From: Candidatus Parcubacteria bacterium
Lineage (GTDB): Bacteria; Patescibacteriota; Minisyncoccia; UBA6257; JAGOQP01
NCBI GenBank assembly: GCA_025999395.1
Contig: AP024682.1
Location: 135,386 to 171,637, forward strand
Length of the DNA stretch: 36,252 nt
Direction: 5' to 3'
Below are positions 23,702-31,378 of this stretch, piece after piece (position 1 is the first letter of the stretch; every line of letters begins with the position of its first letter). The notes beneath the pieces are model-generated. The model had not been told where the DNA came from. It did not search any database and saw nothing but the letters and a program-made list of their open reading frames with translations. Made by a program: the position numbers and the translations under genes.

Positions 23702-25420
23702 ATGGCTAAAAGAATAAGAAAATACATTTTTGTTGTGGGAGGGGTAATGTCGGGAGTGGGTAAAGGAATCGCCGCTTCCTCGATCGGTCGTCTTTTAAAA
23801 GATAGCGGCTTTAAAGTCACGGCTTTTAAAATTGATCCTTATATTAATGTTGATGCCGGAACGATGAATCCTACTGAACACGGAGAGGTTTTTGTTTTAG
23901 AGGATGGAACCGAGTGCGATCAGGATATGGGAAATTACGAAAGGTTTTTAGAAGAAAACTTTTCCAGCAAGAACTATATGACTACCGGAAGCGTTTATCT
24001 CTCGGTGATTAATAAGGAAAGAAATCTGGAATATCAAGGGAAATGTGTAGAAGTAGTTCCCCATATTCCTTTGGAGGTAATTCAAAAAATTAACAACACT
24101 CTTGATTCCTCAAAAGCAGAAATTGCTTTAGTAGAAATTGGAGGAACAGTGGGCGAGTATCAAAACATTCTTTTTTTGGAGGCGGTGAGAATTTTAAAGT
24201 TAAAATTTCCCAAAGATGTTTTGCTTTGCTTGGTCAGCTATCTTCCTCTTTTAAACAAGGATAACGAATTAAAAACAAAGCCTACTCAATATGCGGTTAA
24301 AACTCTAAATTCGGCTGGTTTGCAACCCGATATTATTTTAGGAAGAGCCGCCTTTCCTTTAGATGATAAAAGGAAAGAAAAAATCGCTTTTAACTGTAAC
24401 TTAAGAAAAGAAGATGTTTTTTCGGCGCCGGATGTGGGAAGTATCTATCAGGTGCCTTTAAACTTTAAGAAAGAAGGAGTGGATAAGGTTATATTAGAGA
24501 AACTTTCTTTGAAAAGAAGAGTTAATCTTTTTGGCCGATGGCTAAAGTTAACTCGAAAAATATCTTCAGCTCAAAAGAAAGTTTCTATTGGAATTGTAGG
24601 AAAATACTTTTCTTCCGGGGCTTTTGTTTTAGCTGACTCTTATATTTCGGTAATCGAAGCCGTAAAGCACGCAGCCTTTGAATTAGGGCTAAAAGCAGAA
24701 ATTAGCTGGTTGGATGCCAGTGATTTCGATGAAACTTATCACTCTTCAGCTGAGGTAAGAAAAAATTTAGAGCAATTAAGAATTTATCAGGGGATTATCG
24801 TCCCTGGGGGGTTTGGTTCAAGAGCAACCGAAGGCAAAATTAAAGTTATTGAATTTGCTCGTCAGAAAAAAATTCCTTTTTTGGGTCTTTGTTATGGAAT
24901 GCAGTTAGCGGTAGTTGAATTTACTCGCCATCTTTTAGGATTGAAAGAAGCCAATAGCACCGAAATTAACCCCGCCACCCCCTTTCCGGTAATCGATATC
25001 CTTCCTGAGCAAAAAGAAAAAATTAGGGAGAAAAAATTTGGGGGAACAATGCGACTAGGGGCTTGGCCAGCAGTGATTAAAGAAGGAACCATTGCTTTTC
25101 GAACCTATCTTCAAAGTAAGCGGTTTCTTTTAAATTCTTGGGAAAAAAGGAAATTGGGAGTAAAAGAAGAACAATTAGTTATAAAGGAAAGGCATCGCCA
25201 TCGCTACGAGGTTAATCCTGATTATTTAGAAGCCTTAAAAAAAGCAGGATTAATTATCTCCGGAATTTCTCCTTCGGGAAGATTAGCCGAAATCATTGAA
25301 CTACCTCAAAAAGCCCACCCCTTTTTTATTGGTACTCAGTTTCATCCCGAACTTACTTCTTGGCCTCTTGATCCCCATCCTCTTTTCAAAGAATTTATTA
25401 GAGTAAGTGCTTCTTTGTAG
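23702..25420 (+). CDS. pyrG: CTP synthase
   Basis: The N-terminus is KYIFVVGGVMSGVGKGIAASSIGRLLK. The glutaminase domain carries GLCYGMQLAVVEF (catalytic Cys) and GTQFHPE. The length is 572 aa. Confidence 0.95.
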   Translation: MAKRIRKYIFVVGGVMSGVGKGIAASSIGRLLKDSGFKVTAFKIDPYINVDAGTMNPTEHGEVFVLEDGTECDQDMGNYERFLEENFSSKNYMTTGSVYLSVINKERNLEYQGKCVEVVPHIPLEVIQKINNTLDSSKAEIALVEIGGTVGEYQNILFLEAVRILKLKFPKDVLLCLVSYLPLLNKDNELKTKPTQYAVKTLNSAGLQPDIILGRAAFPLDDKRKEKIAFNCNLRKEDVFSAPDVGSIYQVPLNFKKEGVDKVILEKLSLKRRVNLFGRWLKLTRKISSAQKKVSIGIVGKYFSSGAFVLADSYISVIEAVKHAAFELGLKAEISWLDASDFDETYHSSAEVRKNLEQLRIYQGIIVPGGFGSRATEGKIKVIEFARQKKIPFLGLCYGMQLAVVEFTRHLLGLKEANSTEINPATPFPVIDILPEQKEKIREKKFGGTMRLGAWPAVIKEGTIAFRTYLQSKRFLLNSWEKRKLGVKEEQLVIKERHRHRYEVNPDYLEALKKAGLIISGISPSGRLAEIIELPQKAHPFFIGTQFHPELTSWPLDPHPLFKEFIRVSASL

Positions 25421-25423
25421 ATT

Positions 25424-26236
25424 ATGCTTTATATCTTTCATGGCCCCGATTATTATCGAAGGCAAAAAGCCGTCTTTCATCTTAAAGAGATGGCTTTGAA
25501 AAAGTACCCTCTTTTAAGCGTAGGAAGATTTTTTTTGGAAGAAGAAGGAGAAGTTGAAAAATTACTTGATTTTATTTCTTCCGGAGGCCTTTTTGAGAAA
25601 GGTAAAAGAGTAGCGATTATAAGTGGTTTTTTCTCTTGGGAAAAAGAAGCTTTCTTTGAAAAGATCTTTTCTGCTTTTTCTTCTAAAGAGATTTTATTTA
25701 TTTTGAATGAAGAGCAAAAACTTGATGGGCATTTAGAAAAATTTAAAAAAGATTTTAAAAAAATTTCTCCTCCTCCTCAAATTCAATCCTTTGATTTTTT
25801 GGGCTCTTCTCAATTAATTAATTTTTTGAGTAAAGAAGCTTTAAGTTTGGGAATTAAAATTGAGCCAGCGGCAGTTAGATTTTTAGTTGATCTTTTAAAA
25901 ATGGACACCGGTGGCCTTATTAATGAGATAAAGAAGCTTTCTTTTTTGGCTAATCCTATTACCCTTTCTTTCCTTAAATCTCTTAATTGGTACAGTCAAA
26001 ACTTTAGTGTTTTTGATTTCGCTCGATTACTTAATGGCTCCTCTTCTTTAGAAAAGAAGCTTTTTTTATGGGAGTCACTTCTTTTTCAAAAAGTTGATCT
26101 AAACTTCGTTTTCAATTATTTAGCTAAAGCTTCTCTTAAGAAGGATTTAGTGAATTTATTGGCTTTAGCAGATAAAAAAGTAAAGCTGGGATTGCTTTCT
26201 TTTGATCAAGCAGTTTTGGAAGTGCTTTTAAATTAA
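25424..26236 (+). CDS. holA: DNA polymerase III delta subunit-like protein (HolA-like, short form)
   Basis: 270 aa. The N-terminus MLYIFHGPDYYRRQKA is followed by a helical C-terminal half typical of clamp-loader delta subunits in reduced genomes. The assignment rests on overall pattern and is weaker than for the neighbouring genes. Confidence 0.55.
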   Translation: MLYIFHGPDYYRRQKAVFHLKEMALKKYPLLSVGRFFLEEEGEVEKLLDFISSGGLFEKGKRVAIISGFFSWEKEAFFEKIFSAFSSKEILFILNEEQKLDGHLEKFKKDFKKISPPPQIQSFDFLGSSQLINFLSKEALSLGIKIEPAAVRFLVDLLKMDTGGLINEIKKLSFLANPITLSFLKSLNWYSQNFSVFDFARLLNGSSSLEKKLFLWESLLFQKVDLNFVFNYLAKASLKKDLVNLLALADKKVKLGLLSFDQAVLEVLLN

Positions 26237-26246
26237 CGACCAGTAT

Positions 26247-26519
26247 TTAAATATTGGCGCTTGCCTTCTGAAGGAGTTTAGCGGCTCGAGATTTAAGACG
26301 AGCAGCCTTATTCTTTTTAATGTAGCCAGTTTTAGCTACTTTGTCGGCTACCTTGTAAACTTTATTTAAAGCTTCTTTCGCTTCTTCTATTTTTTTGGCT
26401 TGAATAAGTTTTTTAAGGGTTTTGAGGGACTCTTTAATTTTAGCCTTTCTTTTAAGGTTAAGTTGGCGACGCCTTAAATTTTTTCTTAAAGCTTTTTTGG
26501 CTGATTTGGTAACTGGCAT
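26247..26519 (-). CDS. rpsT: 30S ribosomal protein S20
   Basis: 90 aa, very basic and helical. The sequence is MPVTKSAKKALRKNLRRRQLNLKRKAKIKESLK...KAARLKSRAAKLL. Confidence 0.9.
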   Translation of the reverse strand: MPVTKSAKKALRKNLRRRQLNLKRKAKIKESLKTLKKLIQAKKIEEAKEALNKVYKVADKVAKTGYIKKNKAARLKSRAAKLLQKASANI

Positions 26520-26629
26520 ACTTTTAGCTTATAATTTAAGTAAATTAAAATGAAGATTAAACAGTGTTTAAAGAGTAGCAAACCTAAAGTTAAAAGTCAA
26601 TTTAGTTATTTATTTGCTTACTTAATTTT

Positions 26630-27223
26630 ATGATTTATTCTTTAAAAGGAAAAATTGTTTACAAGGAAGAAGGAAGAATTGCGGTTGAAGTAGGAGGAAT
26701 TGGTTTTTGGGTTTTTGTCCCCCGGCTTTTTTCTAGAAAATTATCCTTAAATCAAAAGATTTCTCTTTTTTGTTTCTTTTCTCCGGAAACCTTTGAGCTT
26801 TACGGATTTGCCACTCAGGAAGAGCTTTTTTTCTTTCAACTTTTAAACACCGTTCCTCAAGTGGGCCCTAAAATTGCTCTTAAGTTGATTAGTAATTTAG
26901 GTTTTTCTTCTTTGGCTGAAGCTATCTTGAAAGAAAAAGCCGAATTTCTTTCAAAGAAGGGGGGAGTAGGGACAAAAACGGCTTTCAAAATAATTTTAGA
27001 ATTAAAAGAAAAACTAAAAAAGGCAAAGTTTAAGGTTGGAAAAGAAAGCCGTCTTGAATGGGAAGAGGAAGAACTTTTAAAAGAAGCTTTAAAAAATCTA
27101 GGGTTTTCTGAAAAAGAATTGGTGAAAGTTGTTGATCAAGTTATTTTAAAACCAGCAACCCTTGAAGAAAAAATTAAGTTAGCTTTAAGATTACTGGCTC
27201 AAAAATTAAAAAGTAAAAGTTAA
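26630..27223 (+). CDS. ruvA: Holliday junction branch-migration complex subunit RuvA
   Basis: MIYSLKGKIVYKEEGRIAVEVGGIGFWVFVP is the OB-fold start. LLNTVPQVGPKIALKLIS and GVGTKTAFKIILELK are the HhH motifs. The length is 197 aa. Confidence 0.88.
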   Translation: MIYSLKGKIVYKEEGRIAVEVGGIGFWVFVPRLFSRKLSLNQKISLFCFFSPETFELYGFATQEELFFFQLLNTVPQVGPKIALKLISNLGFSSLAEAILKEKAEFLSKKGGVGTKTAFKIILELKEKLKKAKFKVGKESRLEWEEEELLKEALKNLGFSEKELVKVVDQVILKPATLEEKIKLALRLLAQKLKSKS

Positions 27224-27228
27224 TTTTT

Positions 27229-28527
27229 ATGAGTTTTTCTTGGCAAAAAGTTAATAATTTTCTAGAAACTTTAAAAAAATTTCCTCTTTTTAAAATTCTT
27301 TATAAGATTCCCTTTGCTCCGTGGTTTTATCATTTTCTTTTGGCTTGGATGGGGGCGGTTATTTATTCTTTCCCCTCTCGGAAAATAAAGGTAATTGGAG
27401 TAACTGGCACTAAGGGAAAAAGCACCACTGTCGAATTAATTAGTTTTCTTTTAGAAAAAGCAGGTTATAAAACCTCTTTCTTTTCTTCGGTTCATATAAA
27501 AATTGGAGATAAAAAAGAAAGAAATTATTTTGGTAATAGTTCGCCGGGAAGATTTTTCTTACAGTATTTCTTAAAGAAATCTTTGGAAGCCGGCTGTCAC
27601 TATGCAATTGTAGAAGTTACTTCTCAAGGGGTAGTTTTCTCCCGGCATCGGTTTATTAAATGGAGCGGGGGTGTCTTTTTAAATATTCATCCTGAGCATA
27701 TCGAAGCTCACGGATCGTTTGAGAAATATTTGAAAGCTAAAACTGATTTTTTCCGCTATGCAGCAAAAAATCCTAACTGTTCTTTTTTTATCAATAAAGA
27801 TGATCCCCATTTTTTGGATTTTCAGAAAGCAGCGGGAAAAAGAGAGGTCGTTCTCTTTTCGGGGAAAGAAATTAATCTTAAAGAAAGCGAACTTCCCTCA
27901 GGATTATGGGGAGATTTTAATAAGGTTAACATAGCTGCTGCTTGGGCGGTGGCTCAAAAAGAAGGAGCCTCTGAAGAAATCCTAAAATTTCTCAAAGATT
28001 TTGAAGGCTTAGAAGGAAGAATGGATTTTGTTCAAAGAGAACCTTTTGCGGTCATTGTTGACTACGCTCATACTCCTGATTCTTTAGAAGCGATTTATCA
28101 AACAGTTTCTCGTTTCAAAGAAAAAGAGGGGAAAATGATTTGTGTTTTAGGTTCTTGTGGAGGAGGAAGGGATAAGTGGAAAAGGCCTAAAATGGGAGAA
28201 ATCGCCGCCTCTTTTTGCGATTATGTAATTTTAACCAATGAGGATCCTTATGATGAAGATCCGATGATAATTTTGGATGAAATAGAAGCAGGATTTAAAA
28301 AGAATAATTTATCAAAGCAAATGATTTTTGAAAATAACTATTGGAAGATTATTGATAGAAAAGAAGCTTTAAGAAAAGCAATTGATTTAGCAAATAAAGG
28401 AGATGTTGTGATTGCTACCGGCAAAGGTTCAGAGCTTTGGATTCATTTAGCGAACGGCCAAAAAATTCCTTGGTCAGAAAGAAAAGTTTTTGAGGAGATT
28501 TTGAAAACAAAAAAAGAACCAGCCTAA
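27229..28527 (+). CDS. Mur ligase family protein, MurE-like, with a short hydrophobic N-terminus replacing the canonical N-domain
   Basis: The P-loop is VIGVTGTKGKSTT and the central domain carries VEVTSQG...FLNIHPEHIEAHGSFEKYLKAKTDFF. DYAHTPDSLEA is present. The C-terminal sequence VILTNEDPYDEDP aligns with the MurE TSDNPRxEDP region, but the DNPR motif is replaced by EDPY. Confidence 0.75.
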   Translation: MSFSWQKVNNFLETLKKFPLFKILYKIPFAPWFYHFLLAWMGAVIYSFPSRKIKVIGVTGTKGKSTTVELISFLLEKAGYKTSFFSSVHIKIGDKKERNYFGNSSPGRFFLQYFLKKSLEAGCHYAIVEVTSQGVVFSRHRFIKWSGGVFLNIHPEHIEAHGSFEKYLKAKTDFFRYAAKNPNCSFFINKDDPHFLDFQKAAGKREVVLFSGKEINLKESELPSGLWGDFNKVNIAAAWAVAQKEGASEEILKFLKDFEGLEGRMDFVQREPFAVIVDYAHTPDSLEAIYQTVSRFKEKEGKMICVLGSCGGGRDKWKRPKMGEIAASFCDYVILTNEDPYDEDPMIILDEIEAGFKKNNLSKQMIFENNYWKIIDRKEALRKAIDLANKGDVVIATGKGSELWIHLANGQKIPWSERKVFEEILKTKKEPA

Positions 28528-28535
28528 GGCTGGTT
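28505..28535 (-). terminator. Rho-independent terminator for the minus-strand small ORF, embedded in the last codons of the Mur ligase gene
   Basis: On the minus strand the sequence reads AACCAGCC-tta-GGCTGGTT (8-bp stem, 5 GC pairs) followed by CTTTTTTTGTTTTC. It begins 11 nt after the small ORF's TGA stop. The Mur ligase TAA stop forms the loop on the plus strand. Confidence 0.5.
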
Positions 28536-28546
28536 GGGTGTGCTTT

Positions 28547-28780
28547 TCATAGAGGGAGAGCTAGCTGCTTCCACGTACTTTTTTCGGTTTTTATCACTCT
28601 TTCTGCTGTTATCGCAGAAAGAGTTTTTACAAGCTCTTTCATTTCTCTTTTTGTTTCCTCACATTCTTCGAGAGGGGGATCGAAGAACCACCCCACCCCC
28701 TTAATCCTAAACGCTTGAATCTTCAGTTTTTTGCCGTCGTTGTCATCGGTGATAATGGCTATAGAGATTAACGTTGCCAT
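28547..28780 (-). CDS. Hypothetical small protein (77 aa) with a strong Shine-Dalgarno sequence
   Basis: On the minus strand, AAAGGAGGTAAAG precedes ATG 28780 (MATLISIAIITDDNDGKKLKIQAF...). This is the only strong SD in front of a preferred start in this window. The track's longer start (28810) lies upstream of this SD. I recognise no family. The ORF contains a plus-strand terminator hairpin, so its coding status is uncertain. Confidence 0.4.
   Translation of the reverse strand: MATLISIAIITDDNDGKKLKIQAFRIKGVGWFFDPPLEECEETKREMKELVKTLSAITAERVIKTEKSTWKQLALPL
28597..28628 (+). terminator. Rho-independent terminator for the plus-strand ruvA/Mur ligase transcript
   Basis: ctctttctgc-tgttatc-gcagaaagag forms a perfect 10-bp stem with a 7-nt loop, followed by ttttt. 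It starts 70 nt after the Mur ligase stop and lies inside the convergent small ORF. Confidence 0.5.
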
Positions 28781-28839
28781 CTTTACCTCCTTTCTTTTTA
28801 AGAAAAACACAGTCTGTTTTAAGTTGTCAAGTTTTAAAT

Positions 28840-28868
28840 TTGTTAATTCATCCTGTTTGAAATATAAT
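28840..28868 (+). promoter_or_regulatory. Candidate sigma70-like promoter (TTGTTA-17 nt-TATAAT) for the beta-CASP RNase gene
   Basis: ttgtta at 28840-28845 and tataat at 28863-28868 have exact 17-nt spacing and lie 38 nt upstream of ATG 28907. This is a pattern match only. Confidence 0.4.
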
Positions 28869-28906
28869 TAGCTTGTAACTCGAAATTTATTTTTTGAAAA
28901 AATGTT

Positions 28907-30259
28907 ATGAAACTAACATTTGTTGGAGGAGCAGGAGAAGTCACCGGCGCTTGTTATCTTTTAGAAAGTGATAATTTAAAGATTCTAATTGATTGTGGAC
29001 TTCATCAAGGCTCTTATCATTGCGAGAAAGAAAATTTTTTACCCTTTCCTTTTGATGTAAAAAGTATTGATGCTTTACTTATTACTCATGCTCATATTGA
29101 TCATATCGGAAGAGTCCCAAAGTTAATAAAAGATGGATTTAGAGGGCCAATTTATTCTACTGCTCCTACTAAAGATGTAGCTTATGAGCTTTTATTAGAC
29201 GCTCACCATTTAATGCTTCAAGAGCTATCAGGAAAGGAAAAACCTTTATATGAAGTTGAAGATATTGATAAAGCAATTAGTGTTTGGAGAACGGTTCATT
29301 ATCGCAAAGTTTTTAAAATTAAAGGGGCGGAAATTGAATTTTACAATTCGGGTCACATTTTGGGTTCGGCTTCTATTAAAATTAATGTTGGTGGAAAATC
29401 TATCGTTTTTTCAGGGGATTTGGGGAATATTCCCGCGCCGCTGGTAAAAGACACAGAATATGTAGAAAACGCTGACTATGCTTTAATTGAATCAGCTTAT
29501 GGAGGAAGAATTCATGAACCAGTTGAGGAAAGGATAAATGTTTTAGAAGATGTTATTGAAGATACTGTAAAAGCTAAAGGGACACTTTTGATTCCTGCTT
29601 TTGCTATGGAGCGTACTCAACAACTTCTTTTTGAATTAAACTCTCTTGTTGAAGAAGGAAGAATCCCCAAAATTCCAATTTTTATTGACAGTCCTTTAGC
29701 TATTCGCTTAACTCAAATTTACCAAAAATATTCTTTAGATGAGGAGTTTTTTGATCAAGAAGCAATTGCTGCTATGAAAAAAGGCGATCAAATTTTTAAT
29801 TTTCCGGGATTAAGATTTACTTTAACTACTGAAGAATCAAAAGAAATAAACAATGTTCCTCCTCCCAAGGTTATTATTGCTGGCTCAGGAATGTCTCATG
29901 GCGGAAGAATTCTTCATCACGAAAAACGTTATCTACCAGATCCGAACAGTACTTTTTTAATTGTTGGTTTTCAAACAGAGGGTTCTTTAGGAAGATTAAT
30001 TTTAGACAAAGCTAAAGAAGTAAAAATTATGGGGGAAAATATTCCGGTCCGTTGTCGGGTAAAAGCTATTGGTGCATATTCTGCTCATGCTGATCAAGTA
30101 TTGCTTTTAAATTGGATACGTTTTCTTTCTCATTCTTTAAAAAAAGTTTTTGTTGTTCAAGGAGAAACGGAGCAATCTCTTGCTTTGGCTCAAAAGATTA
30201 GAGATGAATTTGCTATTGAGGCAAAGGTTCCTCAATTAAATGAAGTAGAAGAGCTTTAA
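28907..30259 (+). CDS. MBL-fold beta-CASP family ribonuclease (RNA-metabolising metallo-beta-lactamase)
   Basis: Motif 2 is LITHAHIDHIGRVPKL (HxHxDH). Other family elements present are SGHILGSA, FSGDLGN and ESAYGG. The beta-CASP and C-terminal region carries AYSAHADQ. At 450 aa the length is typical of stand-alone bacterial beta-CASP RNases. Confidence 0.85.
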   Translation: MKLTFVGGAGEVTGACYLLESDNLKILIDCGLHQGSYHCEKENFLPFPFDVKSIDALLITHAHIDHIGRVPKLIKDGFRGPIYSTAPTKDVAYELLLDAHHLMLQELSGKEKPLYEVEDIDKAISVWRTVHYRKVFKIKGAEIEFYNSGHILGSASIKINVGGKSIVFSGDLGNIPAPLVKDTEYVENADYALIESAYGGRIHEPVEERINVLEDVIEDTVKAKGTLLIPAFAMERTQQLLFELNSLVEEGRIPKIPIFIDSPLAIRLTQIYQKYSLDEEFFDQEAIAAMKKGDQIFNFPGLRFTLTTEESKEINNVPPPKVIIAGSGMSHGGRILHHEKRYLPDPNSTFLIVGFQTEGSLGRLILDKAKEVKIMGENIPVRCRVKAIGAYSAHADQVLLLNWIRFLSHSLKKVFVVQGETEQSLALAQKIRDEFAIEAKVPQLNEVEEL

Positions 30260-30351
30260 TTTTTTAAGACTACCTATCCTTTTTTATTTAAGGTATAATA
30301 AGGAAGCCATTTGTTTTTTGGTAACTTTATAATTTAAAAATATTTTAAAAT

Positions 30352-30996
30352 ATGGATAATCACGATTTAGAAAATAGTCATACTCCTAAATACAGAATTT
30401 GTATTTCTGGTGCAGCTGAAACAAGTCATTGTGGTGATGATGCTTTTAGTAAAGCTGTTGAAATTGGAAGAGAAGTTATTCGTCAAGGTGGTATTTTAAT
30501 TAATGGAGCCACTACTGGCTTTCCTTTTTGGGCAGCTAAGGGAGCCAAAGAAGCCGGAGGAATTGTTATTGGCTTTTCTCCGGCTGCAACTCGAAAAGAG
30601 CATATCAAGGTTTATAAACTACCAGTTCAATACCACGATTTAATTGTCTATACCGGCTTTGGATATTCGGGAAGGAATTTAATTCTTACCCGTTCTTCGG
30701 ATGCGGTGATAGTAGGATGTGGCCGGGTAGGTACCTTAAATGAATTTACCATTGCCTTTGAAGATAAAAAGCCGATCGGAATCTTAGAGGGGCCTTGGGA
30801 AACCGACGATTTAATAAAAGAAATTATTGCTCGCGGTCATCGAGGACACGGAAAGATTGTTTATTCCTCTGATCCCAAAGATTTGGTTGCTCAATTAATT
30901 CAATTGATTGAAAAAGAAAGAGAGGAGGATAGAAAAATTTTAGAGAAAGAAAAGAAAGAAATTACTCCTGATCTTTTGGAAATAGAAGGAGATTAA
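30352..30996 (+). CDS. TIGR00725-family / LOG-like (SLOG Rossmann fold) protein with a charged C-terminal extension
   Basis: RICISGAAETSHCGDDAFSKAVEIGREVIRQGGILINGATTGFPFWAAKGAKEAGGIVIGFSP and VGCGRVGTLNEF (a PGGxGTxxE-like motif) are present. The last ~45 aa form a Glu/Lys-rich tail (EKEREEDRKILEKEKKE). Confidence 0.7.
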   Translation: MDNHDLENSHTPKYRICISGAAETSHCGDDAFSKAVEIGREVIRQGGILINGATTGFPFWAAKGAKEAGGIVIGFSPAATRKEHIKVYKLPVQYHDLIVYTGFGYSGRNLILTRSSDAVIVGCGRVGTLNEFTIAFEDKKPIGILEGPWETDDLIKEIIARGHRGHGKIVYSSDPKDLVAQLIQLIEKEREEDRKILEKEKKEITPDLLEIEGD

Positions 30997-31058
30997 ACAA
31001 AGAGTCTTTTCTTTTAAATTAAATTACCCAAAGGTCGTTTTTTAAAAGTTAATTTTTT

Positions 31059-31313
31059 ATGAATCAAAAACCGATTGCCAAAGTGGTTCATGTTTACGGA
31101 AAGATAAATGTAGCTATTCTGGAATGTTTGGCTCCGCTGAAGGTTGGCCAGAGGGTACGGTTTAAGGGGCATTCTACCGATTTTGAACAAGTGATTGATT
31201 CGATGCAGTATGAGCATGCTCCTATCAGCGAAGCCAAGAAGGGACAACAGGTAGGAGTAAAAGTGACAGAGAAAGTAAGAGAAGGAGATGAGGTTTATTT
31301 GGTGGAAGAATAG
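31059..31313 (+). CDS. Small beta-barrel protein resembling translation elongation factor domain II (elongation factor-like protein)
   Basis: 84 aa. The sequence IAKVVHVYGKINVAILECLAPLKVGQRVRFKGHSTDFEQVIDSMQYEHAPISEAKKGQQVGVKVTEKVREGDEVY resembles the EF-Tu/IF2 domain II barrel pattern (G..v.......g.l..Gd.v). The assignment is tentative. Confidence 0.5.
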   Translation: MNQKPIAKVVHVYGKINVAILECLAPLKVGQRVRFKGHSTDFEQVIDSMQYEHAPISEAKKGQQVGVKVTEKVREGDEVYLVEE

Positions 31314-31378
31314 GAAGGAGTTTGATTTTTTAAATTTTTATTTATTAAACAACTTTGTTTTAAGTTGAAAGCTTTTGT

